Position numbers and translations under genes: made by a program. A DNA stretch of 60,211 nt, the filler included, from Dugesia japonica (taxonomy: Eukaryota): assembly GCA_001938525.1 (NCBI GenBank). It is 5 parts of 5 records of this genome, joined end to end, with 100 filler letters (N's around TTAATTAATTAA, not from the genome) between each part and the next. Parts side by side here need not be neighbours in the genome. Positions count along the whole stretch, not along the records: positions 1 to 12,974 come from MQRL01393801.1; positions 13,075 to 26,939 come from MQRL01220303.1; 3 more parts are not named here. One strand, written 5' to 3'. The notes beneath the pieces are model-generated. The model saw only the letters and a list, made by a program, of their open reading frames with translations. It was not told the DNA's origin and did no database searches. Numbering within the stretch: the stretch's first letter is position 1; each line of letters begins with the position of its first letter. This document shows, piece by piece, positions 12,904 through 27,039 of the stretch.

Positions 12904-12974
12904 TGTTGGGGTTCTGGCGTGAGTTGTTCTAAAATTCAAAATCTTGTTCCTAACTCATCACTCCACTGTGGCTC
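12904..12974 (-). mobile_element. LTR-like end (TGTTGGGGTTC...), truncated by a gap
   Basis: The reverse complement ends ctcacgccagaaccccaaca, similar to ctcaggtggaaccccaaca. Confidence 0.45.
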
Positions 12975-13018
12975 NNNNNNNNNNNNNNNNNNNNNNNNNN
13001 NNNNNNNNNNNNNNNNNN

Positions 13019-13030
13019 TTAATTAATTAA
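13019..13030. other. Artificial contig linker TTAATTAATTAA within Ns (also at 26984-26995, 40020-40031 and 49041-49052)
   Basis: The same palindromic 12-mer, with stops in all six frames, is centred in N runs four times. Confidence 0.95.
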
Positions 13031-13074
13031 NNNNNNNNNNNNNNNNNNNNNNNNNNNNNNNNNNNNNNNNNNNN

Positions 13075-16000
13075 GAAGAAGTAATACTAACTCATGCATA
13101 TATTACTTTGGAGTAGTAATACTACATCATGCATAAATAACCTTGGAGAAGTTATACTAGATCATGCATATATTACCGTGCAGAAGTTATATTAGATCCT
13201 GCATATATTACCTTAGAGAAGTAATACTACATCATGCATATATCACTTAATAATAGTGATACTAGATCATGCATATATTACCTTAAAGTAGGATTACTAC
13301 ATCATATATTACCTTGGACTAATGATACTAGATCATGCATATATTTTCTGTATTAGTAAAGCTAGATCATACTTATATTACCATGTAGAAGTAATACTAC
13401 ATGCATATATTACTTTATAGTAGTAATACTATATCATGCATATATCACTTTGGAGTAGTGATACTAGATTATGCATATATTACCGTGGAGAAGTAATACT
13501 CGATGTTCATATATTATCTTGGAGTAGTAAGACTACCTCATGCATATATTACCTTGGAGTAGTAATGGTAGATCATGCATATATAACCTTGGTGTAGTAA
13601 TACTAGATAATGCATTTTATTACCTTGTAGAAGTAATATTATATCATGCATATATTATCTTTGAGTAGAAATTCTAGATCATGCATATATAACCTTGGTG
13701 AAGTATTACTAGATCATGAATATATTATCTTGTAGTAGTAATACTAGATCATGCATATATAACCTTTGAGTAGTAATACTAGATCATGCATATATTTTCT
13801 TAGAGTAGTAATACTAAATGCATAAATTACCTTGGATTAGTAATACTAGATCATGCATATATTTACATGGAGTAGTAATACTAGATTATGCATATATTAC
13901 CCTGAAGAAGTAATACTAGATCATGCATATATTACCTTGGAGAAGTAATACTAGATATTCATATTTTACTTTGATGTAGTAATACTAGATATTCATATAT
14001 AATCTTTACGTAGTAATACTACTTCATACATATATTACCTTGAAGTAGTAATACTCGATGTTCATATATTATCTTGGAGTAGTAATACTACCTCATGCAT
14101 ATATACCCTTAGATTAGTAATACTACATAATGCATATATTACCGTGGAGCAGTAATACTAGATCATATATATATAACCTTGTAGTAGTATTACTAGATCA
14201 TGCATATATAACTTTGTAGTAGTAATACTAGATAATGTATATATTACCTTGGAGAAGTTATATAAGATCTTACATATATTACCTTTGAGAATTAATATAC
14301 ATGCATATATTACCTTGGAGTAGTAATTCTTGATCATGCATATATTATCTTAGATAAGAAATACAACCTCGTGCATATATTTCCTTAGAGAAGTTATACT
14401 AGATCATGCATTTAATACCTTGGACTAGTAATACTACCCAATGCATATATTACCTTAGATAAGTAATACTAGATTATGCATACATTTCTTTGGAGTAGTA
14501 ATACAACCTCATGAAAATAATACCTTGTAGTTGTAATTCTACCTCATGCATATATTGCCTTGGAGTAGTAATACTAGATCATGCATATATTACCTTGGAG
14601 TAGTTTTACTAAGTCATGCATATATTACCTTTTAATGGTAGCACTAGATCATGCTTATTTTACTTTGGAGTAGAAATACTATAACTTCAAATATTATCTT
14701 GCAGTAGTAATACTACCTAATGCATATATTATCTTGGAGGAGTAATACTAGATAATGTATACATTACCTTGGATTATTAAAACTAGGTCATGCTTATATT
14801 ACCCTAGAGTAGTAATACGAGATCATGCATATATTTTTTTGGACTAGCAATACTAGATTTTTATATATAATTTTGGAGTAATATAACTACTTTATGCATA
14901 TATTACTTTAGAGTAGTGATAAAAAATCTTCATGTACTATCTTGGAGTAGTATAACTACCTCATGCATATATTACCTCAGAGTTGTAATACTAGATCATG
15001 CATTTATTACCATGCAGTAGTTTTACTACCTCATGCATATATTACCTTGGAGTAGTAATACTAGATGTTCATATATTATTTTGTAGTAGTAATACTTCTT
15101 CATGCATATATTACATTGGAGTAGTAATACTAGATATTCATGTATTATCTTTTAGTAGTAATACTACCTCATGCATATATTACCTTGGAGTAGTAATACT
15201 ACCTCATGCATATAGTTCCTTGGAGTAGTGATACTAGATCATGCATATATTACATTGGTGTATTAATACTAGATCATGCATATAAAACCTAGTAGTAGTA
15301 ATACTTGATCATGCATATATTACCTAGAAGTAATAATACTACGCCATGCATATATAACCTTGAATTAGTAATACTAGATCTTCATAAATTATTTTGGAGT
15401 AGTTAAACCACGTCATGCATATATAACCTTGGAGAAGTAATACTGGATCATCCAAATAAAACTAAGGGTAGTAATACTACCTCATGCATATATTACCTTT
15501 GAGTAGTAATTCTACGTCATGCATATATAAGCTTAGAGAAGTAATACTAGATCTTCATATATTATTTTAGAGTAGTAATACTTCCTCTTGCATATATTAC
15601 CTTGTACTAGTGATACTAGATCTTCATAAATTATCTTCGAGTAGTAATTTTTTCTCATGAATATATTACCTTGGATAAGTAATTATACCTAATGCATAAA
15701 TTACCTTGGAGTAGTGATACTAGATCATGAATATATTACTTTGAAGTAGTAATACTACCTCATGCATATATTACCTTGGAAAAGTATTACCATAAAATAC
15801 ATATATTACCTTGGAGAAGTAATAATACATGTATATATAACTATGGAGTAGTATTACTAGATCATGCATATATTGCCTAAGATTAGTAATACTAACCCAT
15901 TCATATATTACCTTAGAGTAGAATTACTAGATTTTGCATATATTACTTTCGAGTAGTAAAACTTTTTCATTCAAATAATACATTGGAGTAGTAAAACAAC

Positions 16001-19000
16001 TTCGTGAATATATAACCTTAGAGTTGTAATAATAGATCTTCATATATTATCTTAAAGTAATAATACTACCTCATGCATATATAACCTTGGAGTAGTAATA
16101 CTTGATCATGCATATATTACCTTGGTTTAGTAATACTAGATCATGCATATAAAACCATTTAGAAGTAATAATAGATCATGCATATATTACCTTAGATTAG
16201 TAATACTACCTCATGCATATATAGTCTTGGATTAGTAATTCTACCTCATTCTTATTTTACCTTGGAGTAGTAATACTGGATTATCCAAATAAAACCTTGA
16301 GTAGTAATACTACCTCATGCATATATTACAATGCACTAGTGATACAAGATCTTGCAAAATTATCTTGGACTAGTAATACTTTCTTATGAATATATTACCT
16401 TGGATAATTAATTATACCTAATGCATAAATTATCTTGGAGTAGTGATACTAGATCATGAATATATTACTTTGAAGAAGTAATACTACCTCTGGCATATAT
16501 TACCTTGGAGAAGTATTACTAGAAAATACATATATTACCTTGGAGAAGTAATACTAGATCATGCATATATTACCTAAGATTAGTAATACTACCCCATTCA
16601 TATATTACCTTAGAGTAGAAATACTAGATTTTGCATATATAACTTTAGAGTAGTAATACTATTTCATTCATATAATACATTGGAGTAGTAAAACTACTTC
16701 ATGAATATATAACCTTAGAGTTGTAATATTAGATCTTCATATATTATCTAAAAGTAATCCTACTACCTCATGCGTATATAACCTTGGAGTAGTGATACAT
16801 GATCATGCATATATTACCTTGGTGTAGTTATACTAGATCATGCATATAAAACCTTGTAGAAGTAATACTAGATCATGTATATATTACCTTGGAGAAGTAA
16901 TACTACATGCATGTATTACCATGGAGTAGTAATACTAGATCATGCATATATTACCTAGGATTAGTAATACTACCTAATGCATATATTACCCTAGAGAAGT
17001 AATACTACGTCATGCATATATTACCTTGGAGAAGTAATACTTCATGCATATAATACCTTGGAGTAGTAATACTAGATCATGCATAGATTACCTTGGAGTA
17101 GTAATACTTGATCATGCATATATTACTTTAGATTAGTAATATTATCTGATTCATATATTACCTAAGAGTAGTATTACTAGATCATGCATACATTACCTTA
17201 AAGTATTAATACTAGATCATGCATATATTACCTTGGAGTAGTAATACTACCTGATGCATATATTACCTTGTAGAAGTAATACTACATCATGCATGTATTA
17301 TTTTGGAGTAGAGATACTAGATCTTGCATATATTACCTCGGAGTAGTAATACTACTTTATGCACATATTAGCTTGGACTAGTGATACTAGATCAAGCATA
17401 TATTACCTTGGAGTAGTAAAACTACTTTATGCACATATAACCTTGGAGTGGTAATACTAGATCTTTAAATATTATCTTGGAATATTAATACTACCTCATG
17501 CAAATATTTCCTTGGAGAAGTAATACTGGATTATCGGAATAAAACGTAAATATATTACCTTACAATAGTGATACTAGATCTTCATATATTATCTGAAAGA
17601 AGTAATACTACTACATGCATATATTACTTTGGTGTAGTAATACTAGATCATGCATATAAAACCTTGTAGTAGTAATACTAAATCATGCATATATTACCTT
17701 TGATTAGTTAAACTACCTCAAGCATATAATATCTTGGATTAGTAATACTACCTCATGCTTATTTTCCTTAGAGTAGTAATACTAGATCATCTAAATAAAA
17801 ACTTGAGTAGTAATACTACCTCATGCATATATTACCTTAGAGTAGTAATATAACCTCATGCATATTTAGCTTAGATTAGTAATACTAGATCTTCATATAT
17901 TATTTTGGAATAGTATTATATAATGCCTATATTAGCTTTAAGTAGTAATACCAGATCATGCATATAATTCTTTGGAGTAGCAATACTAGATCATTTATAC
18001 ATTACCTTAGAGTATTAATACTAGATCATGCATATATTACCTTGGAGTAGTTATACTACTTTATGCATATATTACCTGAGACTAGTGATACTAGATCTTC
18101 ATATATTATCTTGGAGTATTAATACTACCTGATGCATATATTACCTTGTAGAAGTAATACTACTACATGCATGTATTATTTTGGAGTAGAGATACTGGAT
18201 CTTCATATATTATCTTGGAGTAGTAATACTACTCCATGCATATATTGCCTTGGAGACGTTTAACTACCTCATGCATATTATACATTGGAGTAGTAATACT
18301 AAATCATGAATATATTACCTTGGAGTAGTATTACTAGATAATACATATATTACTTTGGAGAAGTAATACTACATGCATATAATACCTTGGAGTAGTAATA
18401 CTAGATCATGCATATATTTCTTTAGAGTAGTTATACTATATCATGCATATATTACTTTGGATTAGTAATCCTACCTCATGCATATATTACCTTAGAGTAG
18501 TATTACTAGATAATACATATATTACTTTGAAGAAGTAATACTACATGCATATATTACCTTGGAGTAGTAATAATAGATCATCCATATATTATTTTGGAGT
18601 AGTATTACTAGATCATGAATATATAACCTTGGTCTAGTAGTACTACCTCATGCATATATTACCTTGGAGTAGTAATACTACCTCATGCATATATTACCTT
18701 GGAGTAGTATTACTAGATAATACATATTATTACTTGGAGAAGTAATACTACATGCATATATTACTTTGGAGTAGTAATACTAGAACATGCATATATTACA
18801 TTGGACTAGTAATACTACATCATGCATATATTACCTTGTAGTAGAATATTATATAATGCCTATATTATCTTTGAGTAGTAATACCAGATCATGCATATAA
18901 TTCATTGGAGTAGTAATACTAGATCATGCATAAATTTTCTTGGAGTAGTATTACTAGATCATGCATATATTACCTTGGAGTAGTAATACTAGATCATGCA

Positions 19001-20526
19001 CATATTACGTTGGAGTAGTAATACTAGATCTTCAAATATTATCTTGGAGTAGTAATACTATTTCAAGCATACATTACCTTGGAGTAGTAATACTAGATCA
19101 TGCATATATTATTTTGTAGTAGTAGTAATACCTCATGCTTATATTACATTAAAGTAATAATATTAGATCTTCATATATTACTTTGGAGAAGTAAAACTAC
19201 CTCATGCATATTTTAACTTTGAGTAGTAATAATAGATCATGCATATATTATTTTGGAGTAGTAATACTTCTTCATGCATATAATACCTTGGATTAGTAAT
19301 ACTACTACATGCATATATTACCTTAGAGTAGTAATACTAGATCATGCATATATTACTTTGGAGTATAAAAACTACTTCGTGCATATAATACCTTTGAGTA
19401 GTAATTCTACTTCATGCATATATTACCTTGGAGTAGTAATGCTACCTCATGCATATTTTTCTTTGTAGTATTAATACTAGATAATGCATAAATTACCTTG
19501 GAGTAGTAATACTACATCATGCATATATTACCTTGTAGTAGAATATTATATAATGCCTATATTATCTTTGAGTAGTAATACTAGATCATGCGTATAATAA
19601 TTTGGAGTAGTAATACTAGATCATGTATATATTACCTTGGATTAGTAATACTACCTCATGCATATATTACCTCGGAGTAGTAATACTAGATCTTTATATA
19701 TTACCTTGGAGTAGTAATACTAGATCAAGCATATATTACCTTGGAGTAGTATTACTACATCATGCATATATTACCTTGTAGTAGTTATATTATATCATGC
19801 ATATATTATCTTGGAGAAGTAATACTACTTTATGCATATATTACCTTGTAGTAGTAATACTAGATCATGCAAATATTACCTTGGATTAGTAATTTTACCT
19901 CATGCATATATTACTTTAGAGTAGTAATAATAGATCATGCATATATTACTTTGGGGTAGTAATACTACCTCATGCATATATTACCTTGGAGTAGTAATAC
20001 TACTTCATGCATACATTACCCTGGAGTAGTAATACTTGATCTTCATATATTATCTTGGAGTAGTAATTCTACCTCATGCATATTTTATCTTTGAGTAGTA
20101 ATACTAGATCATGCATATTTTACCTTGGAGTAGTAATACTAGATCATGCATATATTACCTTGGAGTAGTAATACTAGATCTTACATATAATAACTTGGAA
20201 TAATAATACTAGATCATACATATATTACCTTGGAGTAGTCATACTAGATCATGTATATATTTCCCGGAAGTAGTAAATCTAGATCATACATATATTACCT
20301 TCGAGTAGTAATTCTACATGCATATATTACCTTGGAGTATTAATACTAGATCATGCATATATTATTTTGGAGTAGTAATACTAGATCATGCATATATTAC
20401 CCTGGACTAGTTAAACTAGATCATACATATATTACCTTGGAGTAGTAATACTAGATAATGCATATATTACCTTGGAGTAGTAATTCTAGATCATGCATTT
20501 ATTACCTTGGAGTAGTAATACTACTT
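13075..20526. repeat. Satellite array, 35-bp monomer, about 210 copies
   Basis: Consensus CATGCATATATTACCTTGGAGTAGTAATACTA(GAT/CCT). Period is 35 (atactagatc at 20101 and 20136), with 32-bp deletion variants. Confidence 0.98.
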
Positions 20527-21869
20527 TCAGCCAGAAAATTGGTATAATTAAAGGGCAAAGAATTATAAAAATAAAAGAATATTATACAGAAAAATAAAAG
20601 AATACTGGTATTGATAAGGAGTAAATTGTAGTAATTTAACGTTATTTTAAATTGAAATATTTAATAAATGTTTTTTAAAAATTTGTGTGATTTTAAATTT
20701 TTCTAAATTCCAATAAATTATTAGGTAAAACAAATTAGGTAGTCAAAAGAACTACTTTTTGCACTTAACTTGACAATTACAACAAGTAGCTCTGAGATTT
20801 CAATAGCGTTTAACTTTAATAAATTTTACATTGTTAAATTAAAATAAGATTTCTAAAATTTTTTCATATATAGGAATTAACTAAGGAATTATAATTTTGT
20901 TAAACCAAGATAAAATAATTTTCGTTAATATGAATATAAAAATAATTCCATGATCATTATATTACAAATATATTTATCATTAGAAACATTTTATCAGTCA
21001 TACGTCGGATTAAAAATTAATGTATTAGTTGTCCGTGAAGTCACAAAGGTAAGAGACCACTAAGTAGGTATATTTTAGCGTACTACACCACACATACTCT
21101 CCTCCTAGTCAACATATACCATGTGTCGCTAAAATTTATGTTTTCGTGACAGAAGTTTTTTAAAATTTTTAGCATGAAAATTTTTCAAATCGAATCGATA
21201 AATTTTTAAAAAACAGAGTGGAATTTTCTGTTCGGATCAAATTTAGAACACTTGCACATTTTCGTGCTATTTATATTTAAGTGTGCCAAATATGTTAATC
21301 TATATTCTCAAAAAAACACTTTTAGCACTTAACAGCACTCTTATTTTATTGCTTTTCACTTTTTGGAATCAAAGCCTTTGCTAACCTGATTGGATCAAAA
21401 TTTTATATATACATTGTCTAAAAGACTAGCACTGAAAAGTGCTTCGTTCTCGATATAAAGTTTAGTAGCGCACTGCACCACATCATCGGTTATCGCACAT
21501 TTGTGAAAAAAGTGCTACAGTTCTTTTATTTATAGTCCGATTAGGTCAAACATGGTATCGTTAAATACTGGTGGGAAACATCACACGCAACATTCAAATG
21601 CATTTGAACACACACACAAGCAAACACAACAGGTGAAACAGTGAAGTTCATCACAAAATGTCCAATCAACCAGAACCTCAGTCTAACCAATCAAACAATC
21701 CAACATTTGATCTAACATTTTATTATCATTATGAACACTTTTGAACAATCCAGCAAATGATTATTATCCTGTTATGATTTGACATTTTATTTATTATTTT
21801 ATTATTAATAATTAATTTTGGTGTTTTTATTATCATTAAAAAATTTTAATACTTCTTTACAATTTCATA

Positions 21870-22080
21870 AAATAATTTTTGATTACTGTGCAATTTCATA
21901 AAATATTTGGAGACTTTGAAAGTCCTATCGACTACTGTGCAATTTCAGATTATTTTTATCGACTACTGTACAATTTCATAAAATATTTATCGACTTCTGT
22001 GCAATTTCATAAATATTTATCGACTAATATGAAATTTCAGTGAATTTTTATCAACTTCTATAAAATGTCAGATTAAATCT
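21870..22080. repeat. Minisatellite of about 31 bp (gactactgtgcaatttcataaaatatttatc); related copy at about 41125-41250
   Basis: Several degenerate tandem units are visible. Confidence 0.75.
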
Positions 22081-22269
22081 CATGAGTTTTAGAAAATTTT
22101 ATCCTTCTCAATTTTTCCTTACTTATCATTTTTTTAACTAAACTCAAAGAAACATACTGAGAATAAAACGAAAACCAATTTTGAATAAGAAATAATTGAA
22201 TACTTGCTTGCTTGTCCATGTGTTTGTCTAAGTAGTGAAATATCAATATACTCTAATTTAAGAGTCTTA

Positions 22270-22540
22270 TATTCAATGATAAAACCAATATTTCAATTAT
22301 TAAACCCATATTTTCATGATAAAACCAATATTTTTATGATGAAACCAATATTTCCACAATAAAACCACTATTTCCATGATAAATACTGTATTTCCCATCA
22401 TCAAACTAGTATTTTTATGATATACCCAATGTTTTTAACTATGAAACTATAATTTTATCTATTCAAAATAATATGTTCAATGTTGAGATCAATATTTCTA
22501 ATGATAAGATCAGTATTTTCTATGTTGAACTACTATTCTT
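22270..22540. repeat. Degenerate minisatellite of about 21 bp (atgataaaaccaatattttc)
   Basis: Recurrent atgataaaaccaatattt units. Confidence 0.7.
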
Positions 22541-24579
22541 TAACAATTTATCTGAATATTGGGTATTTAAAAAATGAAGCCCATAAAACCAATGAGCAAG
22601 CAGAGAACCAAGGAGCAAGCAAAGAAATTGAAGGATAATAAGATTATTAAAATATATTCAAATAGCTATATTATTTAAAATAAAAAGCATATTGTGAGTA
22701 AGATATATTATGATAATCAAATATTGATTTGACTCGTATGTATTTTGAGATTGATGCGACCTGTATGAACATTGTTAATTATATAATATATTTCCCGAAT
22801 CATTGCATCACTTATATTCCCCATGTTTAAGAATGCAATAAGTGTGTAATTGCTACTTTTATTATAATAAAATTTTATTAATTTGGATTTAGTTCTCGAT
22901 ACTAATACATTTCATACTAGGTCTCACTCAGTCTTATTGTCTTCTTTCATTATTAAAGATTAGTGATTTGGGGTCTATGAAAATATGAAGTAAAAATATG
23001 CATTAGAACTAAATAGAAAATAGACAAAATATGGATAAATACGGATAAATATGGCTAAATATATCTAAATTTGGGTAAATCAGGAAAATAGTACAATGTC
23101 AGGAAAATTTGTGTGTATTTAATGTCATTATTAGGTTTGTATTATATGACTATATTTAGTGTGTATTACTTTATAGGAATTACTGCATTTATTTAAGTGA
23201 CTTTATTGTTTGTATTATGTGTATTATATAGGTCTATTGGGTTTATAGTGCAAATAAGACCTATTAGTTTTCTATGTATAAGTGTTTATAGCATGTATAA
23301 GACCTATGGTACTTAGTGTGTATAATACTCATTTGTTTCATGTGTGCATAAGACTCTATTGTGTATATTACATGTATTATTTGACTTTATATGGGGATTG
23401 TGTTTGTATTATATAATTTAATGGGGTTTAATGTGTGTATAATATTACTCTATTAGATTTATTGTGTGTATTTATTGACTTTTTATGATTTATTATATGT
23501 ATTATATGGTTGTATTAGGTATCTTATGTGTTTTATATGGCTATGTTGGGTTATACTCTCTATCAATAGGTCTTAATAAACACAATTATCACTATCATGA
23601 AGTCTTACCTTATAGAATAATCGTTACCAACAAGAATTAACTTGAAGAATACTAGCTATCACCATTTACCTATTGATTATTCAGTTTATGGTTTAATCTG
23701 TTCATCGCTTATTCAATATAATCAACTCTATAATTCACACTGAATAAATACTTTACAACTAATAACCGGTTATTTATTTACATATTTTCACCAAAATATA
23801 GAAAATTTGAGATTTTTTCACTATAAAATCCCATTTACTTTATAGAATATTAACTTTAGGGATTGTAGGTTAACATATTTAGAATAAGGGAAAAGTTTTC
23901 TATTTAATAGATGCTTTCTTAACTTATTTGAGAAGGAAAATTCTTTCGAAAAATTTTTATTTATGAGAAATGAGCACCGTAAAATTGTCAGCAGTTCGGT
24001 ATAAAAATCTTTGATACCTGAGATATTAAACATATTTTTTCAAAAGTTTTGGACTGTTCACCCTGATTCTCAAAAATTTCATTAAAAAAATTTAAATTTT
24101 CATATTAGTTAAACAACATGAACGGTTTGCCCGGATTTCTATTAAATATTCCCATAAAAATTTTTAAAAAACTTTAAACAAATTCAACTTTTCACATGAA
24201 TTTCCTTAAAATTCAACCCAAACTGACCAGCCCGAGAAAATTATCATTCAAATTCTCCGAAAACTTACCCTTGTGAGTAAATAATTGACCAAATCAAAAA
24301 CTGACCAAAACAGACTAATGTGAGAAAATGTCGACCCATATTATTTAAACCAGGTAAATAATTGACTAAATTAGTAGTTGGAAAATGACGTTTTCCCGCC
24401 AAGGTACTGCCTACCTTCTTCACTTGCATGTTTAATGCCTAAATGAAATATCAATATAAAATTAAAAATTGTGAATTAAATTGCAGCAACAAAAAGGGAA
24501 AATGTTATTTCCCCACTACTTAGGTTGGTGTCTTAGTTTTTTAGTTTTAGAAAATATAATAAAATTTTTAAATAATGAA

Positions 24580-24869
24580 ATGAAATAATACACTTGTAAT
24601 GATTTTAAAAAAAATTTGATGGTAAAATTAATTTATATAAACATTTAGATTCAAGTGAATGTAGATTTAAAATTGATTATGAATGGCATTGTGTTTATTC
24701 TAATAAAAACTTTAGGATTAGTAAAAATAAATTTAAAGAACATAAAATATTGTGTCTTATAAATAAATTAAAACCACCTGGTGTTGTTTATACAAAAAAG
24801 GAAATTGAAGAAATTCATAAATCCAATGTTAAAAATTTTATATGTAAGAATAATCATCAAGATTTTTAA
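24580..24869 (+). pseudogene. Small zinc-finger-like (C2H2/C2HC) protein remnant
   Basis: Manual translation: YTC...DGKINLYKHLDSSEC...WHCVYSNKNFRISKNKFKEHKILC. Confidence 0.4.
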
Positions 24870-25797
24870 AAATAAATTTTTATTTATAGACACTTACATG
24901 TTTAATACCTAGATAAAATATCAATATAAAATTTTGAATTGTGAAAATAAAATTCAATACCAAAAGGGAAAATGTCATTTCTCATCTACTTGGACTGGCT
25001 TCTTAATTTTTAGTTTTAGAAAATATAATAAAATTTTATTTCTTAGAAAAACGAAAAAGTTTATTGAAGGTATAAAACAAGATCCAAATTTTTGAAAGAT
25101 TTAAAACAAAATTATATTAAAGTTATAAATTTAACACTAAAAGAACAAAGTTCAATTTTAAAAGATATATATCCCAAATCTGAATTATTTGAAGAAGCTT
25201 TACTTTAGGCTGGAAATACAATTTATAATTTATCAACCGAAAATAAAAAATTGAAAGAGGAATTAGAAATATCGAAAGGAGAACTAGAAAAATTAGAAAA
25301 AATATAATATTAAAATAAACATGGTTAATAATAAAAGTACAAACATAAACAAAACACTTAAAGCTACAACTGTAAGTAAAAATAAAAATACTAACACAAA
25401 TGGAAATCTCAGAGGGCCCCATAAAAACATGATAACAAATAGAATACAAAAACCAGTAAAATAACAAAGATGCCATTAATAGTTCTTAATAAAGAACATT
25501 ATGAATCATTAGTAAGTAAAATTATTGATAAATATAATATTAAAGCAGAAAAATTAAACAAAACTAATGAAGCAACTGAAATTGTATTTTATGATATAGA
25601 AGTACACGCACTTATGAACAATGGTTAAAAATCAGGAACGAGATAAAAATTATTTTAATGTTACTTATAATAAATAAGTGGAATGTTATAATTATTATAA
25701 AGCTAATAAATTTGATATAATATTTGATTTAACTTTTTGGGCCTGATTTTTTAATGATGAAAAAGATTTATAAATTTATTATTTTTTTATTAGAAAA

Positions 25798-26375
25798 ATG
25801 GAGCTACGCAGCATAATCAATACAAAACTTGATCTTGATAATACTATTAATTTTCAACATTTATTTTTGAAAAATGATGTTTTGAGAATTTCACCTTCAT
25901 CCGGTTCAATTAATAACTTAATGTCTTCTGGTGATATAACTTTTCAATCTTTACAATCTTCAAATCCATTAAACATTTCTAATTCAATGTTATATTTTAA
26001 AGTAGAAATTAATGTTAAAGATGGAGATAAAATAACTTTGGAAAATAATTGGTTTCCAAATTTATTTAAATCTATGAGATCATCAGATGTCGAAATAATT
26101 AATGATCCTGGAATAGCATCAACAATATTAAATTTTGTAACAACTAGATTAACTTATAAAAATATTTATTTTGAACTATTAAGTTGGTTAACAGATACTA
26201 ATAAATGCGATTTAGATGTAGACGGTTTTGATACAAATCTAGGTTTTTATAAAAAAAATAAACTTTATAACACAAAAAAGAAATTTGAAGGATACTTTCT
26301 ATAAAAAAATTTATTTGGATTTTTATAATGTTATAATAAATTATTATATAATCCAATAATTGAATTTTATTTAAG
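25798..26375 (+). pseudogene. N-terminal half of a Polinton/adintovirus major capsid protein
   Basis: GDITF, SMLYFKVEI, TLENNWFPNLF, VEIINDPGIASTIL, NLGFYKK, then after the stop KNLFGFL*CYNKLLYN. Followed directly by mariner sequence. Confidence 0.8.
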
Positions 26376-26939
26376 TAAAATAGTCACCATCAGATTCTAC
26401 ACCTTTTTGCCATCTAGAAACTAGTTTCAAAATACTATTAGCGAAATTTTTTTTCTCTGGAGTCTATGAATTCGGATATGGCCATTTTGACATCCTTCCG
26501 ATCAGCAATAATTTTTTAACCAAAAATTTATCAAAATGCTTAAAAAAATGATACTCTGTCGGAGATAAGTTGGGCAAATATGGTGGATGTGGCAAAGTTT
26601 TGCGACTCCTTCTTTTCCACATGTGGTCGGGCATTATCATGCAAGAGAATGATTCCTTTCTTATTGACCAATAAAGGCTGTTTAATGCATAATCTTTTGT
26701 GGATTAATTCAATTTTAGTACAGTATTTGTCTGAGTTAATAGTTTGACCTTCTTCTTACAAAGAAAAATGTATGACTCCAGCTATAGACTACCAAACTGT
26801 CAGAATTGTCTTTTTTGAGTGTAAATCCGGTTTAGGACAGTGTAAAAGAGGTTGATCGGCATCTAAGCATTGTGCAGAACGTCTACGATTGTGATGAATA
26901 ACCCATTTTTCATGATAAGTGACAATGCAATCTAAAAAA
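26376..26939 (-). mobile_element. Mariner (Tc1/mariner) transposase fragment
   Basis: Manual translation gives IVTYHEKWVIHHN, KPDLHSKKTILTVWWSIAGVIH, TINSDKYC, ILLHDNARPHV, PPYLPNLSPTEYHFF and LVSRWQK...ESDGDYF. Confidence 0.93.
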
Positions 26940-27039
26940 NNNNNNNNNNNNNNNNNNNNNNNNNNNNNNNNNNNNNNNNNNNNTTAATTAATTAANNNNN
27001 NNNNNNNNNNNNNNNNNNNNNNNNNNNNNNNNNNNNNNN

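Larger units (their letters stand above)
24373..26375 (+). mobile_element. Second Polinton-like remnant (possible AGTAGT terminus, small ORFs, capsid gene)
   Basis: Starts AGTAGTTGG. Contains direct repeats of about 150 bp (24421-24570 and 24891-25040) and an MCP gene. Confidence 0.55.

Noticed and set aside
14998-19468. ORFs 14998-15228 and 19274-19468
   Set aside because: Chance open frames across satellite monomers.
13075-20526. CRISPR-like array (35-bp units with dyad symmetry)
   Set aside because: The units are head-to-tail with no unique spacers, there are no cas genes, and the context is eukaryotic. It is a satellite.
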